From: Nostoc sp. DedSLP01
GTDB taxonomy: Bacteria; Cyanobacteriota; Cyanobacteriia; Cyanobacteriales; Nostocaceae
Direction of reading: 5' to 3'
Assembly: GCA_034530875.2 (NCBI GenBank)
Contig: JAVRCJ020000015.1
Coordinates: forward strand, 48,744 to 112,743
DNA length: 64,000 nucleotides
Under the pieces are notes generated by a model. It had not been told where the DNA came from and did no database searches. It saw only the letters and a program-made list of their open reading frames with translations. The translations under genes and the position numbers were made by a program. Of this stretch, positions 42,507 to 52,446 are shown piece by piece (the first letter of the stretch is position 1; each line of letters opens with the position of its first letter).

Positions 42507-45482
42507 TTATACTTCTACATCAAGGATACATAAACGATCCTTGATTAATTGTTTGCCTAGATGCATTGGATATGGTGAGAGAATATTACCCATAGACCAA
42601 GCTGGCGAGAACCGTAAATAATGAGGTACTCGACAAAGAGCTTTGAGACTTTCTTCTGTTTTTTGAAAGTCTGGGTGAACGAAGAAGGGAACCATTTCTA
42701 ACATTTGTTGATGTTTGAATGCAATATTGGCACCATACTCATCATTTTGTGAATCAAGCATGTAGAGTTCGCGTGTTATCGAACTATCTTGTGCTTTTTG
42801 TGTTGTTGGTAATCTTCCGATGGAGAAATAATGTAGCAACTCAGGTACAGAAGTATCGTAAAAGCCGCTTAAACGAATTAGATCTCGTGCTGGAGAATTT
42901 TCATCCCAAGTTTGTCTATTGGTGATGTATTGGGTTGTCTCGTCGCCAGTGCGGAAGCGAATTACTGCAAGCAAATTGCTAAGATTTTTATGGTCACGAG
43001 GATATACACAAGCATGGCCTGGAACATGTTGAAAGTCTAAGACATCCCGCTTTGCAAGCAGATATTCATTTTTTAATTGAAACCAAGCTTGACCTTCATT
43101 TTCCTCACCACGCTCATTACGCCATACATCGGCTTCAATTAAAACAAGAGTCGGATGATCCTTTACTTGCGTTAGTACATCCGCCGCAAATTTTGCCAAA
43201 TCTATTCCTTTTAACTGAACTGTTTTAAGATTACTGCGATCGCGGCGTACCTGTGAGAAAATCTGTCCTAGTTCAATACCTGCTTGTGTGTAAGGAATCC
43301 AATTCTGACGATTAGGAAATAATACATCAACAGTACCAGTTGCCCGTAGACGAACAGCTAAGGCATAGTGAATATTATCTTGTCCTTGAGTAGCTTTTCG
43401 GCGACAAAGGGCAATTACATCTAACTTTTGTGCAATTTCTTTGGGTATCGCTGCTTGCTTGTAGACTTCTGAAGGTATTCCATAAAGCGCCCCAATTTGG
43501 CGTAGGGTTACATCTAATACAGCATTGAGAATACGTCCTTCTGTCTTCTTGCTGTAAGATGATGTGTCTGTGCTTTCGTCTTCTTTGTCAGCTGATTTTG
43601 GTTTAACCGTAACCGTTTGCACCATTTGAGAGCTAATTTTTTCTAACACACAAGCTTCACGAACTATTCTATAAATGCTTTGTTTGGGATGAACGCCTTT
43701 CTTTTTACTTTGCCCAATTTCAATAATTGTAAAACAGTAAGGCTTAGTATTAGAGTCAATAGAAGCAATAACTTTCTGCTTCAAAAAGTTACGCCATACA
43801 TCGAGTTTGATTTGATGCTGCTTGCGGATTTGGTTATCAAATTCTTGACCATCTTTAGGTGCAAGTCCGGCTGTGTCAAGAGGTTTCAAAAGATTCGGAT
43901 CGTCAATGCGTATAAATGATATTTTGACATGTTCAGGAAAATTTTCTTTTTCATTTAATAAGAACGCATCACGCAAGCTTGGGTATATCACATCATAAGT
44001 ATTTCGTTCATACCAAAGAATAAAAAGATGCATAGGTTTTCCTTGTAGCGATCGTTCAATCGCATCAGCAATGATCTTTTGTCTTTCTTGACGATGTTCA
44101 TCTATACGTCGCTTAATTTCTTCTTCACTCAACTTTTGTTTTTGTTGTTTTGTGATTGTTAAAGCCTTAGATACGTATTCGTAATCGCGCATTGCCAAAG
44201 GTGTTTTTTGACCAGATGGAGCAGGAATATCACACTGCATTTGAATATCTGGTATTAATACACCATCTAGCAGATTTAATACTTGAGCAATAATATTGCC
44301 CCTTTCTTGTAAACTAAATCCAGTTTTAATGCTATGTCCTCTTTTATGCTTTTCGTGTTTATACTTGTAGCCTTCAGCATGAATTAAATAATATTCATCT
44401 TTTTTCCAGTCTGACTTATTATCTAAATTGCCGTATTGAGAGGGATTTTGAAAAATATTTTCAGTAGTTTCAAGTAGACGCGCTTTAAATGCAGTTAGTA
44501 AATTAGATAACTGGTATTTCCACGGTTGACTATCTTCTTTTCCACTATTTTCAATAGTAAGACGTATAAGTGTTGAATCTATTTCATAACCATTTATACG
44601 TTCCTCATTCATCCCCATTAGTACAGAAATATCACGATTGTAATTAGTTTCAATTAATGGTTCATGAGCATATCTTTGACAACTTAAATGTATAAAAATC
44701 CACGGTTTTAGTTTGCTATTGTTATTAAATCGCCCTGATTGAGTTTGAAGGCGAAAATCTAGACGATAAACAAAGTAACCTTCCCTTTCTTTGTCATTAT
44801 CGTCTATGTATAGCGTCCGAAATGGTTGACTAACTAGGAAAAGTCCTGTACGACCATAACCATCACCTTGTGCTTTTCGCCACTGGATTTCTTGCTCTCT
44901 TGCTCCAGAGTGGATGACACATTTTTTTCCATGCAGTAACGTTGCTATAAAACTGGGAATCGCTTGAAAACTAATTCCTTTTTCGGCATTGATGTCTTGA
45001 ATAAGCTTTTTTGTACTAATAGGTTGCCAATCCCAATTATCGGGAATCATTGCTATGTCTTCGAGAAAGCGATCGCAAACACTCTTCACTTGATCTGCTT
45101 TCCCTTGAGCATAAAATTGCTCTGTCCATTCCTGCGCCCAAATTATCACTAACTCATGTATTTGCTCAGATGTTGGAACTCGCAGTGGATTTTCAATTGT
45201 TCCCACAGCTAAAGCTCGATAATCGCCTTTATTAAAGGATTCAAAACCATGTGTCAATGTTGGTGTACAGGCAAGCAATCCATTGTTTAATTGTCGATAT
45301 GGTATCCAAACCTTTTTTTTGCGATTAGGTGAAAGAACCTCTTCCATTTTGTTGCTAAAATTAGCAACAATTTCTGCAAATGGAAATTCAAGTAACACAA
45401 TTTCTAAATCTCTAAGAGCGTCTTCTGCAAGATCCATTCTGGCAGGTAAGAGAATAGTAGATTGCACGTCTTTTTTAACCAT
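42507..45482 (-). CDS. pPIWI-RE protein (PIWI/Argonaute superfamily; N-terminal X, MID and RNase H-like regions)
   Basis: ~990 aa and third gene after the nuclease and helicase. MID-like YRIVREAC..ISSQMV and RILNAVLDVTLRQIG; R/E motif VIRFRTGDETTQY; C-terminal PYPMHL; AAGGA RBS before ATG 45482. Confidence 0.8.
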   Translation of the reverse strand: MVKKDVQSTILLPARMDLAEDALRDLEIVLLEFPFAEIVANFSNKMEEVLSPNRKKKVWIPYRQLNNGLLACTPTLTHGFESFNKGDYRALAVGTIENPLRVPTSEQIHELVIIWAQEWTEQFYAQGKADQVKSVCDRFLEDIAMIPDNWDWQPISTKKLIQDINAEKGISFQAIPSFIATLLHGKKCVIHSGAREQEIQWRKAQGDGYGRTGLFLVSQPFRTLYIDDNDKEREGYFVYRLDFRLQTQSGRFNNNSKLKPWIFIHLSCQRYAHEPLIETNYNRDISVLMGMNEERINGYEIDSTLIRLTIENSGKEDSQPWKYQLSNLLTAFKARLLETTENIFQNPSQYGNLDNKSDWKKDEYYLIHAEGYKYKHEKHKRGHSIKTGFSLQERGNIIAQVLNLLDGVLIPDIQMQCDIPAPSGQKTPLAMRDYEYVSKALTITKQQKQKLSEEEIKRRIDEHRQERQKIIADAIERSLQGKPMHLFILWYERNTYDVIYPSLRDAFLLNEKENFPEHVKISFIRIDDPNLLKPLDTAGLAPKDGQEFDNQIRKQHQIKLDVWRNFLKQKVIASIDSNTKPYCFTIIEIGQSKKKGVHPKQSIYRIVREACVLEKISSQMVQTVTVKPKSADKEDESTDTSSYSKKTEGRILNAVLDVTLRQIGALYGIPSEVYKQAAIPKEIAQKLDVIALCRRKATQGQDNIHYALAVRLRATGTVDVLFPNRQNWIPYTQAGIELGQIFSQVRRDRSNLKTVQLKGIDLAKFAADVLTQVKDHPTLVLIEADVWRNERGEENEGQAWFQLKNEYLLAKRDVLDFQHVPGHACVYPRDHKNLSNLLAVIRFRTGDETTQYITNRQTWDENSPARDLIRLSGFYDTSVPELLHYFSIGRLPTTQKAQDSSITRELYMLDSQNDEYGANIAFKHQQMLEMVPFFVHPDFQKTEESLKALCRVPHYLRFSPAWSMGNILSPYPMHLGKQLIKDRLCILDVEV

Positions 45483-45506
45483 CGTCAATTCCTTTAAACA
45501 AAAAAG

Positions 45507-48500
45507 TTACCAATACAAACCGTCGATATTTTCTAGTGCATCGGCTAGAGGTTTGTAAAGCGCATTTCCGACTGTGTTTTCCTCGCTGGCGTAATCGCAA
45601 ATTCTTAAAAGCATGGCAACCAAAAGGCTTGTTTCCTCTGTGTCAACTTCAGAAAGTTCTGGATTAGCTTTCCTCGCAGCACTTATGGGCGCCCAAGCTG
45701 CATCGACAAAATAACCGTGAAATGGTACACCTCCACGCAAAAGACGACCAACAGCTTGAATAACTAACCCAGCAGTAGTTGCAGCGAGGTCAAATCGGGG
45801 AGAAGCTAATAATTCCTCATTATTACGTAGAGTTTTGTAATAAGAACGTTGCTCAACCGATCGCCAGTAACGCGCTGCTAATTGACGCACCTTCTCTGCA
45901 CGTTGTACAATACCATCCCCCTGTTGCCATGCGATAAAGTCTGCTTTATCCGCCCAGTCTAAAGCGCGACGGTTCATTTCTTGGGCGATCGCTTGTGTAT
46001 CATGTGGATGTGGATATGGACGAGTCAAAAAGTAAACTGCACCAAATGCAGCTTTACCATTTGCATTCAAAATATTAAAGCCCCGCCCGATGGCATTCAT
46101 CGGAGCAACAAGAATTTTTCCTTGAATTTGCCCAAAAGTTTCAATATCTGCACGATTGAGCGCACCTTTATCAGTTAATTTGGTAAATCTTTCTACTTCA
46201 TCAAAGTCATTTTCGGTATATGTCTCTATATTGTCAGGAACTAAGTGATAAATAAAGTCCTGCATACTTGACCAGCAATTACGAATTTCATTTGCTGCCC
46301 AACGAGCTTGATCGTAAGAGTTTACAAGTAACAAAAGGCGATCGCGATCGCTCCACTGGTTATTTAAATCATTTTCGCCAAGGCGCTTTAATTCCTTGAG
46401 TTCTTGCCCTAAATGACCAGTACCGCTACTACCAACAAGCGATCGCGCTATTTCTTGAAATAATCCCATTTTTTGGCGTTCGGGGCTACCAGAAATCCGG
46501 AGGGGTTTGTTCTTTTGGGTGATTTGCGGCAGAAATTTAAAGGAACTTTGAGCGATCGCTTCTCTCGCCTCTGGTTCTGGCATTAACACACCCTGCGGCT
46601 TACCAACGTGAAAACTGGTAGAATCTGGTAAGTAAGATGTTCCAGAAAGTGCTAGCACATTGGGGCCACGTTGACCGTTAAAATCTGTTAATAAACGATG
46701 AAAGTTTAAAATATAGCAGCGTCCAATATTGGTGTAGGCGAACAATGTCAGGGCATTATTGTTGGCATTTTTGTCGTCATTATTTTCTCTAGAGTAATAA
46801 GTGCCGAACTGCCGTCCCGTAGGAGGCAATGGCAAAATATTTAACATTGCAGCAGGCATTCGCTGATGAGGTGAATCATCATTGATTGATGTTGGTCGAT
46901 TTTGCCATTCATAGAAGACAATTCGAGTATGTCGATCTAATAAAGCGATCGTCAGGGCAAATTGTAGACGATAAGCCAAGGTTTCAAGAGTGTCTACTGG
47001 GTCTTGCTCATCTTTGTTGTAAGTTGATTGTGGCGAACTTTGATTACGATTCTCTAGTTCTGCTCGTAGTCGCGCCAAACGCCGTTCTGTATTTCGGAAA
47101 AATTGGATAATCCAGGCTCTACAAGCCAGGTAGATATTAGCATCTGAAGCACTTTCTCCAGTACTGTTAATTTCTTGCATCAGACGCGCCAGGCGAAAGA
47201 CTGGATCTCGGTTTGGGTTAGCTGGAGGCTGCATCCGTAAAGGATCATCGTCGTTGAGTAGTGCATCAAAACAGCGCACAATTGGCTTTATCAGCCGCGC
47301 ATTTGCTTTTGAAACTGCCTCAGCTGTCTGTGAAGGTTCAAATTCTTCCAATCCAGCAAGACGACGCGCAAATTTGTACAGCAGCGAGTTAGGGGTAAAG
47401 TAACCTCGTTTCACCCATTTTCGGAGAAATTGATGTCCAACCTGTTTATCTAATAGAGTCAATATTGCTGTAATAGCTTTTTGTGCATCACGTTGTGCGC
47501 CCGTCCATCGCTGTGTTGTTGGAGGCATAACCCTGTTAGTTATGGAAAATTGCTCTGTTTTCACGCCAATATCATCAAAAACGCCGTTATTACCACCGTC
47601 AGTCAAAACAACTTCTTCAGCGTAGGTATCATCAAACCACTTGATAACTGTCTCTACTTCATCAAAGACCACAAAATCTGATTGTTCGTTGACGAGTTCA
47701 CCGATTTTGAGCGGACGTAACTCTAAATGACGCGGTAATCCCGCCATTGCCATTGCACCGGGAGTTGTAATCCAAATACGGGCATTTGGCATATCTCGAT
47801 AAACTTGTTGGGATGGGCATTTATCAAAGAAGGGACACAAATAAAATGAACCCCGGCCTTTACGTCGCTTTTTGCGATCGCTTTTAGGCATTTCTTGGAG
47901 AGAATGACAAGGTTCAGTTCCCGGTATCAGTGGTTTGCCGTCTAAAAGTTGAATAAAATCACGCGCTTTTAGCTGACCTTGGAGAGGACAAGCTGTGCCT
48001 AACCAACGTTCACCCCAGTGGGGCTGACCGCGTTGTTGATGTTCCTGATAATCTTTTGAGGCAGAGAAACTTTGAAGATGTGCATCGCGTTTACTGCGTC
48101 CCAAGATTGGCACCGCTACCGGATCATCATTTTCTGGATCGTTACAAAACCACCAGTTAATTTGGTTGGCTAGTTTAATCGCTGATTGCACATCACTAAC
48201 AACTAACGTGATGCGGCGATCGCAATCATGCCGCAAAATGTTAACACTCAACAACTGCGAAACCGTGGTTTTTCCAGAAGCAACCATGCCTGCAATGTTG
48301 GTAAAGCCATCTAACTCAAGAATTTGCTCTTGTTGCAAAAACAGTGTTCCGTCTTCGTCAACTCTGTGAAAGTTAATTTTGCCAAAGCGAGCAACCCAAT
48401 GTCCTTTGGCAGTTTCATCCCAACCATATTGTTGTGCTAATGCTGACTCTCGCCGATCGATCCATGCTGCATCTTGCTCTAAATCTGAAATGCGAAGTGA

Positions 48501-49121
48501 AAACGAACTACGAGAAACAGGTGTGGTAAACCAAGGTGAACGCTGTACCTGTGCATTTTGTATCTGCTGCTGCTTAAATCTGACTGGTACTATAACTGTC
48601 TGTTCTCCTGTCTTGGCCTCAAACTGATAAGTGGTTTCGGCTTCTACTTGTTGAACTTTGCGAAGCCGGAAAATTAAATTAGCTGTTAGGCATCTTTCGT
48701 ACACATCTTGATTAGCTAAATGCCGGAGATTTTTGGCAGCATTAATAATATATTTCTCCCAGTTTTGCGGAGTGAAGTCGCCATAGTTACGCCGATCTAA
48801 CGGTATATCTAGGTAAACACGCAGTGCGTTTAACCAAGCAAAACGAGCAGAAAATGGAACTATTTGGCGAGTATTAGCGATCGCTCGACGTTCCATCTGG
48901 TTCAAGTTCTGTAAACGTGGATGTCTCAAAGGCATTCCACTCAAAATTGCCCAAGGTGCGGTAACTGGCTCATCATCAAGTTGCAAATATTCCATCAAAG
49001 CAAAGGCAAGCTCTATCTGAAGCAACAATTCAGCTTGAGTACGCTTCAAACCTGCTTCCTTCAACTGTTCGAGACGCTCTTGAAACTCTCTTGGTGGGTC
49101 AAATAAAGTCATCTGGCTCAT
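45507..49121 (-). CDS. DinG-like SF2 helicase of the pPIWI-RE operon
   Basis: GMVASGKTT, Cys cluster (ACPL, EPCH, CPFFDKC), VFDEVE, LSGTS, LLVNSY, GRGFNI, QAVGRLLRGG and VDAAWAP. Confidence 0.85.
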   Translation of the reverse strand: MSQMTLFDPPREFQERLEQLKEAGLKRTQAELLLQIELAFALMEYLQLDDEPVTAPWAILSGMPLRHPRLQNLNQMERRAIANTRQIVPFSARFAWLNALRVYLDIPLDRRNYGDFTPQNWEKYIINAAKNLRHLANQDVYERCLTANLIFRLRKVQQVEAETTYQFEAKTGEQTVIVPVRFKQQQIQNAQVQRSPWFTTPVSRSSFSLRISDLEQDAAWIDRRESALAQQYGWDETAKGHWVARFGKINFHRVDEDGTLFLQQEQILELDGFTNIAGMVASGKTTVSQLLSVNILRHDCDRRITLVVSDVQSAIKLANQINWWFCNDPENDDPVAVPILGRSKRDAHLQSFSASKDYQEHQQRGQPHWGERWLGTACPLQGQLKARDFIQLLDGKPLIPGTEPCHSLQEMPKSDRKKRRKGRGSFYLCPFFDKCPSQQVYRDMPNARIWITTPGAMAMAGLPRHLELRPLKIGELVNEQSDFVVFDEVETVIKWFDDTYAEEVVLTDGGNNGVFDDIGVKTEQFSITNRVMPPTTQRWTGAQRDAQKAITAILTLLDKQVGHQFLRKWVKRGYFTPNSLLYKFARRLAGLEEFEPSQTAEAVSKANARLIKPIVRCFDALLNDDDPLRMQPPANPNRDPVFRLARLMQEINSTGESASDANIYLACRAWIIQFFRNTERRLARLRAELENRNQSSPQSTYNKDEQDPVDTLETLAYRLQFALTIALLDRHTRIVFYEWQNRPTSINDDSPHQRMPAAMLNILPLPPTGRQFGTYYSRENNDDKNANNNALTLFAYTNIGRCYILNFHRLLTDFNGQRGPNVLALSGTSYLPDSTSFHVGKPQGVLMPEPEAREAIAQSSFKFLPQITQKNKPLRISGSPERQKMGLFQEIARSLVGSSGTGHLGQELKELKRLGENDLNNQWSDRDRLLLLVNSYDQARWAANEIRNCWSSMQDFIYHLVPDNIETYTENDFDEVERFTKLTDKGALNRADIETFGQIQGKILVAPMNAIGRGFNILNANGKAAFGAVYFLTRPYPHPHDTQAIAQEMNRRALDWADKADFIAWQQGDGIVQRAEKVRQLAARYWRSVEQRSYYKTLRNNEELLASPRFDLAATTAGLVIQAVGRLLRGGVPFHGYFVDAAWAPISAARKANPELSEVDTEETSLLVAMLLRICDYASEENTVGNALYKPLADALENIDGLYW

Positions 49122-49123
49122 GG

Positions 49124-50260
49124 CTATTTTCCTTGCTTCAAAGACTCAATCTTATTGATAACCCGCTGCTCAAATGCAGTATCACTCACAAGATGTGTAC
49201 TATTAGGCAGCTTTTTTGCCTGTTCGCGGAGAATTTCGATATAGTCCTCTCGTTGTTGTAGGCGCTCATCAGGAATGACATAAAAGCTTTCGTTATAACG
49301 CAGGTTGCCCTCACTAAATAGAGGTGTCAGCTTTGGTGCTAATTTGTAGGGATTGTGGTAATCTTTAACATCCACAGCCCAGGTTGATTTGTCACAGAAG
49401 CATAGCTGTAAGTCATAACGATCAATGCCGGGGTAAATATGGATACTACAAATTTGTTCTGGATATTGCTTTTGTAGTTCTTCCAAAGTATGAAATAAGC
49501 GCATTTCGGGTATACCTGGTAAACAAACACGTAAGTGAATGCCTAGCTTCAGACGACGCAGGCCATGTTGCCAAGTAATTTTTTTAACATAGAGTAAATC
49601 TTGACGATGGTCGTTGCAAGCACTGGGTTTAACACCACGTAACTTGCCATATTTTTTAAATAAAGGGCCGCAGCGATCGCAATTCCAGCAAACCTCGTCT
49701 TGTTCGCACTCTTCGTAAAGTTCACCAACTTCTTCGATGTGAATATATCGTGTCTTGAAAAATACCTTGCGAAGCTGCGCCGTAGTTGTGTACGGTTTCT
49801 CAATCAAAAATCGACGCAATAAAACATATTCCCTTTGAATCCGCTCAGGCTGGCTATCGTTGTTGTAGAGTTCTTGCAAACTTTCTAAAATTTTCTTAAA
49901 AGAAAAATTCTCTATTGCCATCTGCTTAGTTGCAGCAGTGGCAAACTCAGGTATTTTGCCTTGTTCAAGCAGTTCCTCATATAAGTATCGGCTTGCTTCT
50001 TCGCTTAACCCCCCTTCATAGAGCAAACCAAAATCTGAATCAAACTCTTTTGGTAATAAATGCTGTGGATACCAAGATTTCACGGGTTTTTCGAGTAACG
50101 CTAAAAGACCTGTTAAAGTACGCGGATAATTTACAGCCGTTACCTCTAGAGCTAGTTTATTCAGAGCATGGCAAAGCAGTTGCGGATATGGATACTTGCC
50201 GTTTCGACGGACAAACTCTGCTAAACCAAGGATGAGGCTATTAAATTCATTATTTTTCAT
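49124..50260 (-). CDS. PD-(D/E)xK restriction-endonuclease-fold protein of the pPIWI-RE operon
   Basis: CDRCG..C..H Zn-like motif, PGIPE, YPGIDRYDL and WAVDVKDY; GAAGGA RBS before ATG 50260. Alternative starts at 50308 and 50332. Confidence 0.8.
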   Translation of the reverse strand: MKNNEFNSLILGLAEFVRRNGKYPYPQLLCHALNKLALEVTAVNYPRTLTGLLALLEKPVKSWYPQHLLPKEFDSDFGLLYEGGLSEEASRYLYEELLEQGKIPEFATAATKQMAIENFSFKKILESLQELYNNDSQPERIQREYVLLRRFLIEKPYTTTAQLRKVFFKTRYIHIEEVGELYEECEQDEVCWNCDRCGPLFKKYGKLRGVKPSACNDHRQDLLYVKKITWQHGLRRLKLGIHLRVCLPGIPEMRLFHTLEELQKQYPEQICSIHIYPGIDRYDLQLCFCDKSTWAVDVKDYHNPYKLAPKLTPLFSEGNLRYNESFYVIPDERLQQREDYIEILREQAKKLPNSTHLVSDTAFEQRVINKIESLKQGK

Positions 50261-50400
50261 GAGAAGTAATCCTTCATTCAAAGGATTTTTTACAACACGA
50301 TTTTTCATTTGTGATACATTTGTTTCATCCACCTTACAGGATTATTTATTTTGTGTCAACTAAGACGCTATTGATTTTTTTGTGAGACAGAGGCAAAGGA

Positions 50401-50766
50401 ATGGAAAGTTATCTAGATATCGAACGATTAGCAAGTCTAGTCCGCAAAAAGCGCGGTAGCAGAGGATTGCGGGAAACGTCAGTGGAAATTGGTAATGTTA
50501 GTCCATCCACTCTTTCAAGGGTAGAGAGCGGTAAAATGCCGGATATGGAAACTTTTCTAGCACTTTGTAACTGGCTACAAGTACCACCTGCTGAGTTATT
50601 TAGAACTGCACAAGAAAATCAACTGGATACACCAGAAGCGATCGCCATTCAACTACGCGCTGACAAAAAGCTTGATCCTGCGATCGCTAATGCTTTAGCA
50701 TCCTTAGTCAAAGCAGCATATCGTGACTTATCACAAAATGATGGCGAATTGAAGCAAGATCCCTAA
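50401..50766 (+). CDS. XRE-family HTH regulator
   Basis: GLRETSVEIGNVSPSTLSRVESGKMPD, with an AAGGA RBS. Confidence 0.9.
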   Translation: MESYLDIERLASLVRKKRGSRGLRETSVEIGNVSPSTLSRVESGKMPDMETFLALCNWLQVPPAELFRTAQENQLDTPEAIAIQLRADKKLDPAIANALASLVKAAYRDLSQNDGELKQDP

Positions 50767-50770
50767 AGAT

Positions 50771-51316
50771 ATGTCACTAATTGAAAGTTTATCGCCTGAA
50801 TTTAGGCAACGCTGTGAGGCGATCGCAACTGAACAACGAAGCCTGCTTGGAGTGCAGGCGTTTGAAGCGTTACCCGCAAACACTTTGGCAGCCAAGTTAG
50901 GAGCAACACTGCTAACACCCGATCAAATTCAAAATTTCGAGCCAGACCAAGTAGCGTTATTACTTGCTAGCGATGGGTGGTCAGCAGGCATTATACGCCA
51001 TAACCCACTGTGGATCGTATACAATCCCCGTCATGCACCTACACGATATGAATCAAATGTAATGCATGAAATAGCTCATGTGTTGCTCAATCATCAGTCT
51101 GTTGGCTTTGATCCTGTAACCGGATTACCAAAACGTAAACAGCACAACGAAGATCAAGCAACTTTTCTTGGAGGATGTCTTCAAATTCCTAAACGTGGTT
51201 TACTATGGGCGACACAACGAAAGATGTTGTTACCTCAAATTGCAGCACATTTTGGTGCTAGTGAAGCGATGGTGTTGTTTCGCAGCAATGTAACAAATGT
51301 CTCTGTCAAATGCTAA
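50771..51316 (+). CDS. ImmA/IrrE-family Zn metallopeptidase
   Basis: IVYNP...RYESNVMHEIAHV (HExxH), EDQATFLGGCLQIP, and C-terminal IAAHFGAS. Confidence 0.88.
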   Translation: MSLIESLSPEFRQRCEAIATEQRSLLGVQAFEALPANTLAAKLGATLLTPDQIQNFEPDQVALLLASDGWSAGIIRHNPLWIVYNPRHAPTRYESNVMHEIAHVLLNHQSVGFDPVTGLPKRKQHNEDQATFLGGCLQIPKRGLLWATQRKMLLPQIAAHFGASEAMVLFRSNVTNVSVKC

Positions 51317-51360
51317 TGTTTCCAAATATCTGCATCTATCTATAGGAATCATATTTGATA

Positions 51361-52446
51361 TCAATTCCGGTTGCACCGGAATGATAAAGCCTTTGTTTTA
51401 GGCCACCAGTGAAAACATGCGAACGCTTGAATTAGAGACGGCTGTTTGAGAAGAATTTGACAGCGTTGGAACAGCACTTGTTCTAGCTCATCAAGATTTT
51501 TAAATGAACGATTGGCTATTGGTTCATTAACTAGAGGCCACAGACGCTCGGCAGGCTGTAATTCAGGAGAGTGAGAAGGTATAAATTCCAGATGTAAGCC
51601 GAATGGTATTTTGACTTGTTCGCTGGTATGCCAACCAGCTTGGTCTATAGTCAAAATAATGTGTTTATCTTTACCAACTGCAAATTCTCTAGCAAAGTCT
51701 GCTAAAACTTGATTAAAAAGCTCAATGTTTACTTTTGGCAGAATCCAAAAATAAGTTTCCCCAGTTTGTGGATGTACAAAACCATACAGCCATAACCATT
51801 GATAGCGCCAGTGGACGTTGGCAATTGGTTGCTCTGCACGGGCTACCCAAACCCGTCGAATTATCGGCTTTAGTCCAAGACGATGTTCGTCCATTCCCCA
51901 AACTTCTACTGTTGCTTGTGGGTATTCTCGTCTAATTTGTTGCACTTGTTGATTGAGTTTTTTTTCCAGGCTTGTTGAACATCTGGGTCGGCTAAATCGT
52001 GTTCTGGGCGGGGCACTCGCAAGGGAAATTCAAGTGAGCGTAGGTAGTCCCAACCTCGCTGTATACTCACCGGGCGCTCAAGAAGATTACTCATCCAATC
52101 TGCAACCTTACGACTATTCCACAATCCTCCATCTGCGGGTGGAGTTTGTAATGGGGAGCAACAACTGTGCTTGCTCTATTTCCGTCAGCATTGGTTTGCC
52201 GCCTGGATGTTCATGACGCAAGTCTTTCATGCCATCAATGCCCAATTCATTGTAACGACGAACCAAACGATATATCGAGTTACGGCACTAACCTGTGACT
52301 GCTGCTACATCTTCTGTTTGTCTTCCTTGAGCCAGCAACCAAATAATTTGGTAACGTGTCCGTTCTATTGGGTCAGATGCTTGACGGTAAAAGTGAAACA
52401 ATTCTTTTACACTTTGGTGAGCTTCTAAATTTAAGCGTTTAGGCAT
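51361..52446 (-). pseudogene. IS630 transposase pseudogene
   Basis: Starts MPKRLNLEAH at 52446; in-frame TAG at 52288-52290 and an extra frameshift near 52153-52157. Confidence 0.88.

Noticed and set aside
45507..49121. Cas3, CasDinG or type I/III restriction helicase
   Set aside because: No HD domain, cas genes, array or methyltransferase; motifs and gene order fit pPIWI-RE better.
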